This document shows, piece after piece, positions 13,149-24,777 of a DNA stretch of 64,000 bases. Origin of the DNA: Naegleria gruberi (taxonomy: Eukaryota); assembly GCA_000004985.1 (NCBI GenBank), contig GG738858.1, one strand, 5' to 3'. Every line of letters starts with the position of its first letter. The stretch's first letter is position 1. Below the pieces are notes generated by a model that searched no databases, had not been told where the DNA came from, and saw only the letters and a program-made list of their open reading frames with translations. A program made the position numbers and the translations under genes.

Positions 13149-14145
13149 ATGAAGAGAGGTCTTGTTCGCACCACTTCGATCCTCACGAGGCCATCAGCAT
13201 GGAGAAATTGTCCTATTGCTCTCGTTAATAATATTAATTCTATTGTTATTAATACAAATAATACACAAAGTAGAAACAAAACTATTGAAGCTAATAGAAA
13301 AGTTGATTTTAGTTGGGGACAAAATAGAAAGGCTGCCTTGAAGCACACTTATTTGACTGTTGAACAATCCAAGGAAGCCGTCAATGATTTGAAAAATGCT
13401 TTGGAAACTAATTACAAGACTGATATTGAAAATATCTCATCAATGTGTAAGTTTTTACTTTGAAAAAACGCGGAAATGTAGGAACGATATTAGCTAATGA
13501 AACCCAACTCTATGAAAAGTATATTCAATATATGGAATTAATGTTAAAAGCAAGGAGTGTTGTTTGTGCTAAATACGGTATTAATACATCCAACAATGAT
13601 ACTAATGGTATGTTTACAATGATGACAATTTTATTCTTACAATATAACAATATATAATAGATCGTAGACTTCGTATGTCTTTGGGAAGAAATAGTGCTAA
13701 TGATGAAGAATTACTTAAGCAAATTCAAGACTTGCACCAATATTTGGCCAAGTCTTGCTTCGGAATTGAAAAATTAGAAACTAGATTGGAAGAAATTCGT
13801 GTTTTGGGTGTTCACCAATTGGCTAAACAAAAAATGGTGGAAGAGTTTGAAAGTATAGCTCATACACTCTCATTGGAAGAATTCCTTCCAAAATCACGTA
13901 CAACATTGTTCGACCTTGAAAGAAGTTTGTTGAAATCATATGCTGTAGATATTGCTAAGGAAGAAAAGAGAAAGAGCCAATTTGAAAATGGTGAATTAAG
14001 TGAAGAAGAGAAAATGAAGTCCTATGTTGATTGGATTAAGGAAGTTCAAGTTGACGAATCTGAAATTCAAAACAAGTTGGACAAACCAGAAGATTGGATT
14101 ACATTTAGATTTATTTTGAACGATTTGCTTTTTAGACATGGATAA
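13149..14145 (+). CDS. Hypothetical mitochondrion-targeted protein of about 300 aa. Three exons: join(13149..13446, 13494..13607, 13661..14145).
   Basis: Three consecutive ORFs in frames 0, 2 and 1. GTAAGT donor at 13447 and GTATGT donor at 13608. Acceptors 'gatattag' (13493) and 'atataatag' (13660) restore the frame. The N-terminus 'MKRGLVRTTSILTRPSAWRN' looks like a mitochondrial presequence. Confidence 0.55.
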
Positions 14146-14186
14146 ATTTACAATTAAAACATTTTTGTATAAACAGCGAGCTTTTC

Positions 14187-15318
14187 TTAGACCTGTATTG
14201 CTACTGCATACTTTCCTTGGTTACTGTCCTTTGATACTGGATTATCAATTAAACATAAACATTCTGTGTTAGTGATTGGATTTGTTTTGGTTGCAAATTT
14301 AGTCGTTTGTTCATTTCGACTTGTTTCATTTGCATTAGTGCCACTCGGATTATGGAAATATTCTTGAATGAAACGATTCAAATCCATTCTCATATTAGCT
14401 CTATTATTGGCTCTTCTTTCTCTTCTATGAGTTTCAATTCTTGTATCAATTTGTTCATGTTCAGTAAAATCTCTAATTCTAATAAGGAATGCAACAAGTA
14501 AACAAACAGCAAATTGAAGTGATTCTGCTGCAACAATTTGAATCCAAAAGTTTTGAGAAATTTCACCAACAAACATGAAAACCATCATCAAGGCAAATAT
14601 GGCAATATAGGAAGCCAAAAATAGGAAGAGTAAAAATCTTAACTTTTTAAATAACATTAATTTCATAAATGTTGAAGATTTCATAATATCCACTTGAAGA
14701 ACTAATGGTGCTTCCACTTCCAAATATCTATGATTTAATAATTTAATATTCATTCCTATCGAAGATAATGCATGACCAAATAATATTACATAGAGAATAA
14801 ATAGTGGAAACTATTTAAGAGCCTTATTACAAACTCTATCAAAAAACACTAATACTTACCATAAAGAAAATATTGAAAATTCTTGCAACTTCGCAAAGTG
14901 CTAAACAAGTTAAATTCCATATAATTGATCTCTTTTCTGTATTTTCCAAAGAGTTTCTTGTTATTGCAACTCCCTTCGCCAGTATTAATAAACACCCAAA
15001 TAATACAAGATTAAATATTACATTAGCAGTGTTAGATAATAAAGTAGGAGTGACAGTACATTGTGATTTTCCGTTATATGCACAATCATAGAATAAATAA
15101 ATACTACAAGATGTATGAATTATTTTAGCTAATGGTACAAGAACAATATATCGATGAAGAGAAAGGCTATACTTTTTTAAATAGAGAAAATAAACAACAT
15201 GTATAATCCATAGTAATCCAACAACAGCCCACAACCCTGTAAATACACCATATGCAATTGGTAAATTTTCATAGGCTTTCGGATTGAATTGATCCGAGGT
15301 TGTTGTGGTGGTTGACAT
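14187..15318 (-). CDS. Multi-pass (about 7 TM) membrane protein, possibly in the Lung-7TM/GPR107/TMEM87 family. Two exons: join(15318..14860, 14810..14187), intron 49 nt.
   Basis: GTAAGT donor on the minus strand after 'NIFFM'. The acceptor 'aaatag' gives an in-frame start 'FPLFILYVILFGHALS'. Several hydrophobic helices run across both exons. The family assignment is tentative. Confidence 0.5.
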
Positions 15319-15604
15319 TTTTTGTAGTTTAAATTGTGTTGATTTGATGATGGATTGGTTCGAATAATATTTTATTTTAAGGTCAACAACTCAATTTCAA
15401 AATCTTGAGTTGTGTTGGGGTTGCATTTTAATGCTAAAAACGTTCAAATCTTTCCAATAAGAACATTTGATTCTTAATTCCATTGAGTTCAATTGTATCA
15501 ATTTGAAATCTCTTTTAACATAAATGAAAACATATAACAAAGAGATATCTTTAGATTGTTTTCCAATTTTGTAAAATATGATTTTTATTTAAACTCGGAA
15601 TAAA

Positions 15605-17783
15605 TTAATTAAAATTTCTAATCTTCGATTTAAACTCTTCAATGTTATCAAAATTGAGTTTTACCAAATGTCTTTTTGTTAGTGTTTGTTTAGTATAAGG
15701 GCATGTATTCTTTGGTTCAGTATTTAATACTTTTAACCATGTTTGATATCCTAAAACATGTCCATATGGAGAAATAGCTGGATCTTTAACTTGTTCTAAT
15801 GTAATTGGATCAATGAAATCTTCCAAAATATTTCTTGTATGATTTTCATCATCCGAATCTTCATCAGAAGATTGTTCAGAACTTTCACTATCACTCTTTG
15901 AATTATTACTTGATGAACCTGTATGAGATGAAACTGATTCACTATCATTTTGATGACTATCTTCATCTTCTTCATCATCTGATGGTTCAACAACTTTCTT
16001 TTTCTTAGATTTCCTAGTTGGAGTTGTTGGTTTTTTTCTCTTTTTAGATGTTGATGATGAACTAGATGATTTACTAGCACTACTGGCACTTCCACCTCCG
16101 CTCTTATTTTTACATTCTTCAACAATATCCAATTTAAAATCTCCTGATTTTAAAAGAGTTCTATAAAAATTACTACATTGATATCCAACTCTTCCAGGTA
16201 TTCTCTTTGAAAATAACCCCCATTGAAAATTATCAGTCTTTTCTATATACTCTTTCAATTTCTTAATAAATAACTCTTTCTCTTTTTGATTCCATTTTCC
16301 ATTCTTTTGAGATTCACCAGGTTCATTAAATCTATAATAATAAGCATTTGGATTGGTATTAATTTTTTCATAAGCTTCAATTCTTGCTTTTGACCATCCA
16401 TCCTTTTTAATGACATCACTCAAAGCATCGTCAAGAAGTAATCTACTAGAACTAATATTGGTGGAGGTTTTTCTCTTTCTCTTCTTTTTTTCCTCTTGTT
16501 TAATTTCTTCATCAATTTCTGAAATTTCTTCATCTTCTTCCTCTTCTTCAATTTCACATTCACTCTGAGATTCTTCTTGTCTTGATTTTTTAGAACTCTT
16601 CTTGGAAGATGATTTCTTTGTTTCTTTTTGCTTAGTTTTACTTGTCTTGTTAGAAGATGGCTTTTTTCTTTCCTTAATTACAAAGTCATCATCATCTTTA
16701 TCATCTTCTTCCTCTTCATCACTCATTTCATCATTATTATTACTATTAGAAATATTATTTGTAACAGGTGTAACAGATCGTTTAGAAGATTCATTTGGTG
16801 GAATGAATGAAGTTGAAGTGCTTGGAGTTTCATTTTGATCTGACATTGATGGTGATTCAGGTGAGTTTTGATCTTGTTCATAATTCCATTTATCAGCAAG
16901 TGGAACCAAATGATCAACTGTTAAGCTTGGATTTGGATTATATTCTAAAGCAATTTCCTTTCGAATTTGTTGTAAAAAAGTGTAATCTGTCAACTTGATA
17001 ATTGCTTCTTCCTCGATATTGTTAGTAAGCTTGAGAGCATAAAGTGCCTCTTCATTAGAAACATGTGGAATAACACATCGCAATTGATAAATTTGATGTT
17101 TACGATCTCTCTTTTCTAATCTTCTAAATAATTCATGTTGGTCTTTCAATCTCTTAATAACTTGTAATTTTTCTTCTTGTGTCAAGGAAGGATCACAAGA
17201 TTTTTCAAAATTAATGTTTCTATTTCTTTCAATTTCCTTCTTAGTATACAATCCTTCCCTTTCAATGATGTCCAAAAGTATTTGTTCATCATCCTTATTT
17301 TGAATTCTTTTGAAATCTTGTTGTTTTTTAAATCTATCAATTCTGTTTAATAAAATTAAACTTGACATGGGTATCTTATTAGAATGTTCACTTGTTTTTT
17401 GATCACAAATGCAACGAGAATCAAAATATTCACAATCATTGTCATCTTTAATAGTTTAGTAAATGTTAAAAATTTTGTAAAAACAAACCCATTGTTATAC
17501 TTGATGACGGTTGTTCAAAGAAAATGCTCTTCCCAATTTTAATATGATTAGGAACGTTTGAACGTTTAGAAGTAGATTTTTGATTTTGATTACTAGATCG
17601 TTTTTGTGATGAAGATTTCTTCTTCAATCTACTCCTTCTATTCTCTTGTTCACTATCCGATCCATCACTATCAATATTGTTTTGTTGTTGTGTTCTTCTC
17701 ACCACTCTTCTTCGTGGAGAAGTAGCTTCAGAATGAGTAGAAGCCTCCGATTGAACGGAATTACTTCTCTTTCTTGAAGACAT
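15605..17783 (-). CDS. U-box E3 ligase-like protein with a Myb/SANT-like domain and a CUE/UBA-like segment. There is probably a 5' exon at 17783..~17500, joined by a 43-55 nt intron ending at 17446.
   Basis: The C-terminal U-box signature is 'FIDPITLEQVKDPAISPYGHVLGYQTWLKVL...CPYTKQTLTKRHLVKL'. The SANT/Myb-like segment is 'WGLFSKRIPGRVGYQCSNFYRTLL'. Acidic/Ser-rich linkers separate the domains. The upstream S/R/K-rich ORF 17466..17783 joins in phase through donor GTATAA (17500) or GTTTGT (17488) to the acceptor 'ttaaag' at 17446. Confidence 0.6.
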
Positions 17784-17904
17784 TTTTTTGGCGCGTTAAT
17801 TATTTTCGAATTTGGAATCGGTTAACTTGCCTTTTTGAAAAGATGGACACCTAGTGAAACGAAACCAATAACAATTCAAGTTTTACAATATAATAGTGTA
17901 CAAT

Positions 17905-19098
17905 TTATGGGCTTAGGTTTTCAATATTATCAAGTACAATGTCTTCAGTGGTCTTGTTTCTCCTGGCTGCAGCTCTTCTTCTTCTTTCATTAGTGGATTG
18001 AGAATCCATTGAAATGTTCTTTGGCAATTTTGATTCTTCCTCTTCATCAATCAATACAATACTTCTTGCTTTATGATTACCAACTTCAATAATTGGTGCA
18101 TTAAATCCGGTACCATTAAGCACAGATTGTGATTCAAATCTTCTTTCAAATAATCCAAGCAAATCCATTACAACACTACTGAGTTTCCAAATTAATAAAT
18201 CACTTTGATAACCTGGATATTGCCTCTCTCCTCCATTTGTAGATTGAATTGACTCTTTTACAATTGATAACTTCTTCTTGATTGTATGACGAATTCCATG
18301 CTTTGCAATTAATGGAATATTTTCTTTGAGTAAACACAAATTGTACATAACTTGCATAGCCATCTTTGGAACGTTATGTTGTTCATCTAATCTGTGGTGA
18401 GTATCAATCATGGCATTAATTTCATCAAAGATTCCATTTTCTCTAGCTATCATAAATCTATTCTTTGGATTGGCAGACAAATAAACCAAAGCTTGTATAA
18501 TGTGATGCTTAATCTTTAAACTCTTTCCCGATGACCTTAATGATTGAACAATACCATATAAAATTGTATCAGTTCCACACACAAGAGTTTGATTTTGGAA
18601 TGTAACGGACATATAATCCAATACTCTTGCTGCTAATTCTACAGTCTCTCTATCAGAAGAGCACAACATCTTGGCCAAACCAGGAAGACAATTTTCTTCA
18701 TTAGCAATAAAGGCATCAATAATCGGATCTTCAAGAAGTAAATTACCCAAGATTGCTAGAGCATGTTGTTGACATCTTTTATGAGCATCATTTTCTTGTT
18801 CTATAACCAATATTGCTGAAATGGCCTCAATAAAATTATTAATCATGGCCATGGATTTTCTCAAAATCTTTTCATCACTAATTTTTCTTAACATACATGA
18901 TGCATGGATTTTATCCTTAGACTTTCCGTAAAGTAAGGTTTGTATATAATCAGGTACTTTTTCCAACGTTAATTCTGCTTCCGATTTATTTGCAAGCTCT
19001 GGATTTGGATTAATAATTGGCTTAGTTTCATACTTGAAGGTTAACTCTGATAACTTTGCACGAGCAGGGCTATCAAAGGTTCTTGCTGGTGAAGACAT
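17905..19098 (-). CDS. Armadillo-repeat protein.
   Basis: Likely start 'MSSPARTFDSPARAKL' at 19098. ARM-like repeats: 'ALAILGNLLLEDPIIDAFIANEENCLPGLAKMLCSSDRETVELAARVLDYMS' and 'IIQALVYLSANPKNRFMIARENGIFDEINAMI'. Confidence 0.55.
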   Translation of the reverse strand: MSSPARTFDSPARAKLSELTFKYETKPIINPNPELANKSEAELTLEKVPDYIQTLLYGKSKDKIHASCMLRKISDEKILRKSMAMINNFIEAISAILVIEQENDAHKRCQQHALAILGNLLLEDPIIDAFIANEENCLPGLAKMLCSSDRETVELAARVLDYMSVTFQNQTLVCGTDTILYGIVQSLRSSGKSLKIKHHIIQALVYLSANPKNRFMIARENGIFDEINAMIDTHHRLDEQHNVPKMAMQVMYNLCLLKENIPLIAKHGIRHTIKKKLSIVKESIQSTNGGERQYPGYQSDLLIWKLSSVVMDLLGLFERRFESQSVLNGTGFNAPIIEVGNHKARSIVLIDEEEESKLPKNISMDSQSTNERRRRAAARRNKTTEDIVLDNIENLSP

Positions 19099-19308
19099 TT
19101 TTTTAAGGCTAAAATAACGAACGTTACACTCAATATTTATGAAATTTAACTTTTTGAACGTTACCGTATTGACGAATTTCATCATCAAGATTTTCAAGCA
19201 CTCATTAACAATTGAATTCGATGGTAGTGAAATTGTTTCAAATGATAATAAGGATTTACTACTGCACTGTAATTGTTTCATAAATAGACAAATGACAAGT
19301 ATAAAAAA

Positions 19309-19890
19309 ATGATTATAAGTGATTATCATCTCCGATTGTTTCAACTATTAGTTGCAGTGATATTTGTTTGTGCAGGGTTTATTCAATTAATAGAAGATGT
19401 TATGTTTACTATAGATGCAAGGGTTTTATTTCCTCTATTTCAAACCTATCATTGGGTTTCTGTAATTTTGGATTATTGTTTTTCAGTGACAACAATTTGT
19501 TCTGGATTGATTGGAATAATATCTGTTTTAATTCCTGATGTGACGCTGCCAAAAACTAAATTATTTACATTCATTGTGTGGGTGATTTCGTTATTTGTTT
19601 CTTTTGGATTAGCATTAGCAAATGCAGGAATTGTTATTTATTTAATTGTATTGGTTTACGATCCAAATAGTACTGAAGTACAATCATTTCACTTTAGTTT
19701 CATATTTTCACTTGTTTATCAGGGATTATTTTCAATTTTATGTGTTGTTGTATTGATAATTGTTGTCTTTTTGGAAATACCACTTGTTTGGTCCACATAC
19801 AGGAGAAATCAAAAGACTGATTATCAATCTCCAAATGATGATTTAATGAATCAAGGTCATCAATTAATGAGTGATGATGAAGACAATTAG
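19309..19890 (+). CDS. Small four-helix transmembrane protein.
   Basis: Starts at ATG. It has four hydrophobic helices and an acidic C-terminal tail. No homology recognised. Confidence 0.4.
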   Translation: MIISDYHLRLFQLLVAVIFVCAGFIQLIEDVMFTIDARVLFPLFQTYHWVSVILDYCFSVTTICSGLIGIISVLIPDVTLPKTKLFTFIVWVISLFVSFGLALANAGIVIYLIVLVYDPNSTEVQSFHFSFIFSLVYQGLFSILCVVVLIIVVFLEIPLVWSTYRRNQKTDYQSPNDDLMNQGHQLMSDDEDN

Positions 19891-19965
19891 ATGATCAATT
19901 TTAATGATGATCAATTAATGAAAATAAATTAAAATTTATAATTTTGAAATATGCTGATCAGAGAG

Positions 19966-20556
19966 TTATAAGAGACGGGATTCAGCAAACTTCCAGTTGA
20001 CAACATTCCAGAAATGTTCCATATAATTAACCTTATTGTTTCTATAATCAATGTAGAAAGCATGTTCCCAGACATCACAAGTCAAGACTGGAACAACACC
20101 ATCAGTCAATGGACAACCACCATCATGAGTAGAAACAACAGACAAAGTGTTATTATCCTTTTGTCTAACCAACCAGACCCATCCGGAACCGAAGTGATTA
20201 ACAGCTTGAGTATTGAATTCAGCCTTGAATTTATCGAATGATCCGAAGCTCTTTTCAATGGCTTCACCAATTTTACCAGTTGGAACGCCACCAGCATTTG
20301 GTCCGATAGATTGCCAATAGAAATTGTGGTTGTAGACTTGAGCAGACAAATTGAAGGCCTTTCCCTTGTAATTCAACAAGATTTCTTCAATGGTCTTACC
20401 ACTCAATTCGGTTTCAGTTTGAGCAAGTTCGTTCAACTTGACAGCATAACCCTTGTGGTGCTTTTCGTAGTGGAATTCGAGGGTTTCTTGGGAGATGTGT
20501 GGAGCAAGAGCATCCTTGGCGTATGGCAATGGAATAACTTGATCAAGGAAAGACAT
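19966..20556 (-). CDS. Fe/Mn-family superoxide dismutase.
   Basis: '[29 protein letters not shown]' and '[12 protein letters not shown]' are classic SodA/SodB motifs. No N-terminal presequence is present. Confidence 0.9.
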   Translation of the reverse strand: [196 protein letters not shown]

Positions 20557-20901
20557 TTTGTTGTATTGTGATTATGTGTTTTTTTTTGATTAAATTCCGT
20601 TGTCCATCATTAAGCCACTTTTAAAGCGCTGGAAATGCTCGCTCAAAACAACGACAAAATTGCTTCTGCAGAAGAGTGCGGATTTTCAATAATGAGGTAC
20701 GCACTCAATTGTTGTCTCTGAGGATCAACCTGTACTGAAGAATCATTACTTTTAATATTTAAAACGTTGTAAACTTTGTATCTTATCCCATTAAACATTC
20801 TAAAAATCAACTGATATTTTTATTTAGAAAACCATATATTCAAATTGGTCATGATATTTGGACATACATTGTAAAGTATTTTGTAAGTTTATTCAATATT
20901 T

Positions 20902-22020
20902 CTATTCAATGTAATCATAAATAATTAGATGTGAAATAGACATTCGTTTTTCGTTAACAGAATCCAGGTAATTATAATTAATCATGTACTTATTGAACTG
21001 TTCCTTCATAATTATGTTCACTTCATCAGTTTCCTCTTCATCCTCACTGGCATTGTCCTCATTTCCTGCTTCGTGACTCGAATCAATTGGTTTTTGCAAG
21101 CTCAGTTCCTTCCTACTGCTTCTATAGAGTTTGAAAAGATATTTGTGATTTTCAGATACATCTTCCGCAGATCTGTTGGTTATTAAACTTCTAACATTTG
21201 GATCTGCATTAAACATAATCAACAGATTTGATTTTCCGTGAATTCCCTTAGTTTCTCTCTCGCAACAAAAATGCAGTGGTGTAAATCCTTCTGGGTTATC
21301 TGCTCTCCTATTAATATCTTGTTTCCCAATGGTAATGAGTAATTTAACAACAGATTCATTTCCCAAAGCATGATGAATAGGGAAGAAACCATTCTTATCA
21401 CTAACATTTGGATTTGCATGATTTTTCAATAGCCATTCTACTAACTCTGCATTTCCCTTTCTAGAGCTTAGCATTAGGGGCGTTTGCTGCATTGTTCCTC
21501 CCACTGAGTCTATTAATTCACCCTTTTTCAGTAACATTTTAATAATCTTCTTCTCTTGAACCATATGAATAGGCTTCCATAGAAGAATATCCGATAGAGT
21601 TGGATCTGCATCGAAATCTAACAATAACTTAATCATTTCCAACATGCTTTTTGATTTGTTTTCATCAAGTGTTGCTTCAAAGTTTCTTGTTAATAGGAAA
21701 AGTGGAGTTTCTTGTCTGGATTTTCTTGTTTTTTGGTTTGGATCAAAACCATATCTTAACATTATATTTACAAAATCAATACTTCCATTCATACAAGCAA
21801 TATGTAATAGAGGAAAATCTTCTAAATTTCCAACTGTAGAGGATGCTCGCTTTAGAGTTTCTAACTGATTCGAATTTAATAATAACCTCTTCAATATTTC
21901 AATGTCATTGTTATTCAAACAATCAATAAATAATTGGGTTAAATCATTGTCCGAATATATTGTACGAAGGGAATGTATTTCAATTTGATAGTGGTGGTGA
22001 GTAATATTGAGTGTTGTCAT
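20902..22020 (-). CDS. Ankyrin-repeat protein.
   Basis: Repeats: 'QQTPLMLSSRKGNAELVEWLLKNHANPNVSDKNGFFPIHHALGNESVVKLL' and 'GFTPLHFCCERE'. Confidence 0.7.
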   Translation of the reverse strand: MTTLNITHHHYQIEIHSLRTIYSDNDLTQLFIDCLNNNDIEILKRLLLNSNQLETLKRASSTVGNLEDFPLLHIACMNGSIDFVNIMLRYGFDPNQKTRKSRQETPLFLLTRNFEATLDENKSKSMLEMIKLLLDFDADPTLSDILLWKPIHMVQEKKIIKMLLKKGELIDSVGGTMQQTPLMLSSRKGNAELVEWLLKNHANPNVSDKNGFFPIHHALGNESVVKLLITIGKQDINRRADNPEGFTPLHFCCERETKGIHGKSNLLIMFNADPNVRSLITNRSAEDVSENHKYLFKLYRSSRKELSLQKPIDSSHEAGNEDNASEDEEETDEVNIIMKEQFNKYMINYNYLDSVNEKRMSISHLIIYDYIE

Positions 22021-22505
22021 CAGGTTTGTTCTCTAACGTTTTTTTTCTTTCTAAAATTGTTCTATTTTTGGGTCAGGGAATTTGACCTTAATGAACCATA
22101 CAACAATTAAGAAGTGATGTTGAGCAATTCAAATGATTCGATGAATACATGCTTGATTTTGACAAAATTGTTATTTCTGAGAATAAATGTAATTGACTGG
22201 ATTTATTTGTTATTTGATCCAGGTTTAGAGTTTTTCAATTTATGAAGAATTTCCATTATTTACTTCTTCCATTCTTGCTCTTTGCCTTCTTACTATGACA
22301 TTGAAATTATGATACAGTGCATATTTTGCATGTTACGATAGAGGAAAGTGTATTATTTAGTTACAAACACTTTTGTGAATCTCAAAAGTAAAGATAATTG
22401 AACCTTAAGAAGTTAAATGTTAATATTAATATTCAATGCCTTTAATGTGTAATAAAATCAATTGGTTTGACAAGTGGCCATAGTTTCAATGGTAGAAGAA
22501 TGTTG

Positions 22506-22554
22506 CTACTTCTTTTCAGTAATAAATATATAATTCTACTTCTTTTCAGTAATA
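22506..22554. repeat. Short tandem direct repeat: 'ctacttcttttcagtaata' appears twice with a 30-bp period.
   Basis: 19/19 identical copies at 22506-22524 and 22536-22554, in the intergenic region. Confidence 0.8.
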
Positions 22555-22656
22555 CATTATGTATGACCAGTTGTTATAATAATAAATCTGTATCTATTCT
22601 CAAGTAATACAACATGATAATTGTGTGATGGTAATATAGAATCTGTTCCTTTCTAA

Positions 22657-23007
22657 TTAAAACTTCTTTTCGAAGGCTATTCTTTTCATATCAGCTTGAA
22701 CTTGATTTTGTTTGTTATTATTAGTTAATCCAAATGATTGAATACTGAGGAGAGGAACTGACCAATCCAAGTTTAAGAATACTTTGGTATTAACACCCAT
22801 TCTATTATTCTCAATACTTGGTGTGGATGAAATTTCCATGTTCAATGATGGTGCAATAGAAGTAATAACAGTCTTTAAAACAAAGAATAATAATTTTGCT
22901 GATTTAAATGTTCCATTTCCGATCAATCCAAATATTAATTTAATCATTCCAAATAAGAGGTTGGAATCTTTTTGATGAAGAGTTGTTGATTGTTTATTGT
23001 TAGACAT
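22657..23007 (-). CDS. Small hypothetical ORF of 116 aa. Doubtful.
   Basis: ATG start and moderately hydrophobic. No recognisable domain. It could be non-coding. Confidence 0.2.
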   Translation of the reverse strand: MSNNKQSTTLHQKDSNLLFGMIKLIFGLIGNGTFKSAKLLFFVLKTVITSIAPSLNMEISSTPSIENNRMGVNTKVFLNLDWSVPLLSIQSFGLTNNNKQNQVQADMKRIAFEKKF

Positions 23008-23210
23008 TTTTTCTTCTTTTTAATTATTTTAATTATTTTAATTATCAAATTATTTTCAGTTCAGCTAATTGGCTTGGATCCATTCCAATCGTTTCAGGCC
23101 AATAAATAATATATACATCATTCCTGAGATGGTAGATTCCAATTCGAAAATGCTCATCTATCTTTCAATTTTCTCACATTTGTTCAGCTAATTGCTTCCC
23201 AATATTGCTT

Positions 23211-24370
23211 TTACACCGTTTGTTCTGGCTCTTCATTGACATTATGAGAATTGAGAGTTGGGGTATATTGTATAACAACTTCATCTATTCCTGATGATGG
23301 TAGTGTTGGCAAAGAATTTGGTGACTCAGTCAAATGAGAAACAACTACTCCTGTAAATCCATCATTATTCTCCAAATTGTTAAATGTGTTAGTGACATAG
23401 TATAGACCTGTTTGCTGAGATTTTCCTTCTTGCTCTTTCATTGGTGTAACCATTGTAGGAGAATTTCGTGTATTGCTAATATTTGTCATGTGACTGTGTG
23501 CAATTTCTTGATCTAAAACACTCGATCTTCTTCTACAACATCTTTGGAAAAGAATTATAATGAGGGAAAGTAACATTACTAGAGTAAATCCTATCAATAA
23601 AGGAATTATAATGGAATAGAAGAATAAATTATCTGCTTGTTGCTGTCCATATTCACAATTAGAGTATTTCAAATTGGTTACATTAAAAGCTCCTACAAAT
23701 AATGATCCAGTCGTGACATTAGTTGCATTGAATTCCAAAATATTATAAGTTGTTCCACTAACACTTTGAGAATATGAATAATAATCTCTGTTGGCCTGGA
23801 TTGATTTTTGGTTAAAAACTCCATTCTCATAGAAAAACTTGAATGAAATATTAGAAACTGGAATGGTGAATGAATTGTGCCATCTCAATTGAGATATGAA
23901 ATCCTCTGTTTTCATTGGACCTTTCAATAAATTATACCCATATATTAATGTTACCTTATCATAGTTCAATAGTTCTCTTCCATCAACAAAATAAACTCTG
24001 AAAATTATTGTCTTTCCATCAGCAGATACTAGAATGGACGGTGAAGATAAACTAACTTGAGGAGAGTCAACAAAAATATCAGAATTCTTGTCTATTACTA
24101 AATTTCCGGATGGCATTCCAACAGGTGATGGTAATTGTCTTGAAATTACTGAAAAAGGAGAACTACAAATTGTATGATGATCCTTAATATATTTACAAAT
24201 TCCAATAAAATACACTACCTAAATGAAAATGTAAACTTTTCCAATACATATATTGAACAATCCTGTTCTCCTGATAATGTCAAAATAGTTGACACTGAAT
24301 GAAGCGAATATTGTCCATTGACACAAATTGGTGATAATACAGTTAGGATGACCATACAAACTACCATCAT
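23211..24370 (-). CDS. Type I membrane glycoprotein: signal peptide, N-glycosylated ectodomain, one TM helix and a cytoplasmic tail. Probably two exons, with a short intron near 24216-24270.
   Basis: Signal-peptide-like start 'MMMVVCMVILTVLSPICVNG'. Many N-x-S/T sites. TM helix 'FFYSIIIPLLIGFTLVMLLSLIIILF', followed by 'QRCCRRRSS'. The two ORFs are in different frames, so a roughly 54-nt intron (ending 'ttaag|gatcatcat') or a frameshift is needed. The exact junction is unresolved. Confidence 0.45.
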
Positions 24371-24777
24371 CATACAATACAAATTTTTTGAATGATTACG
24401 ATGATGATTATTATTAACTGATAATGACGAAGATGATGATTCTATCAGCAGCAGCTCTGAGATATTCCTTTTTGTATGCCAGCTTTTTGCTCTATCCGAT
24501 AATAATTTGCTTTGACTTCTATTGCAGTTATGAAAGTTAATTTCAATGCTTGAGCCACAATAACCATGATGATGATTGATTGGTATCATTTTTTAATTGG
24601 TTTTTAATTGGTGTTCATCTCTTTGAACTGTCTTGTTTGACTACTGATTTTGATTGGGATGTGACAGCAATTTTACATTGATTTCTAAGGGAAGTAATAT
24701 TGGGATGTGATGCCTTATTCTAGTGCTTAGTGGTCTTGTCCTTTATGATTTAATAAAACAACCCTTATAGAATTGGG

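Noticed and set aside
13447-13481. 35-nt intron candidate (GTAAGT...aatgtag) in the mitochondrial-protein gene.
   Set aside because: It is phase-compatible but creates T+GA = TGA at the junction. The 47-nt alternative ending at 13493 gives an open frame.
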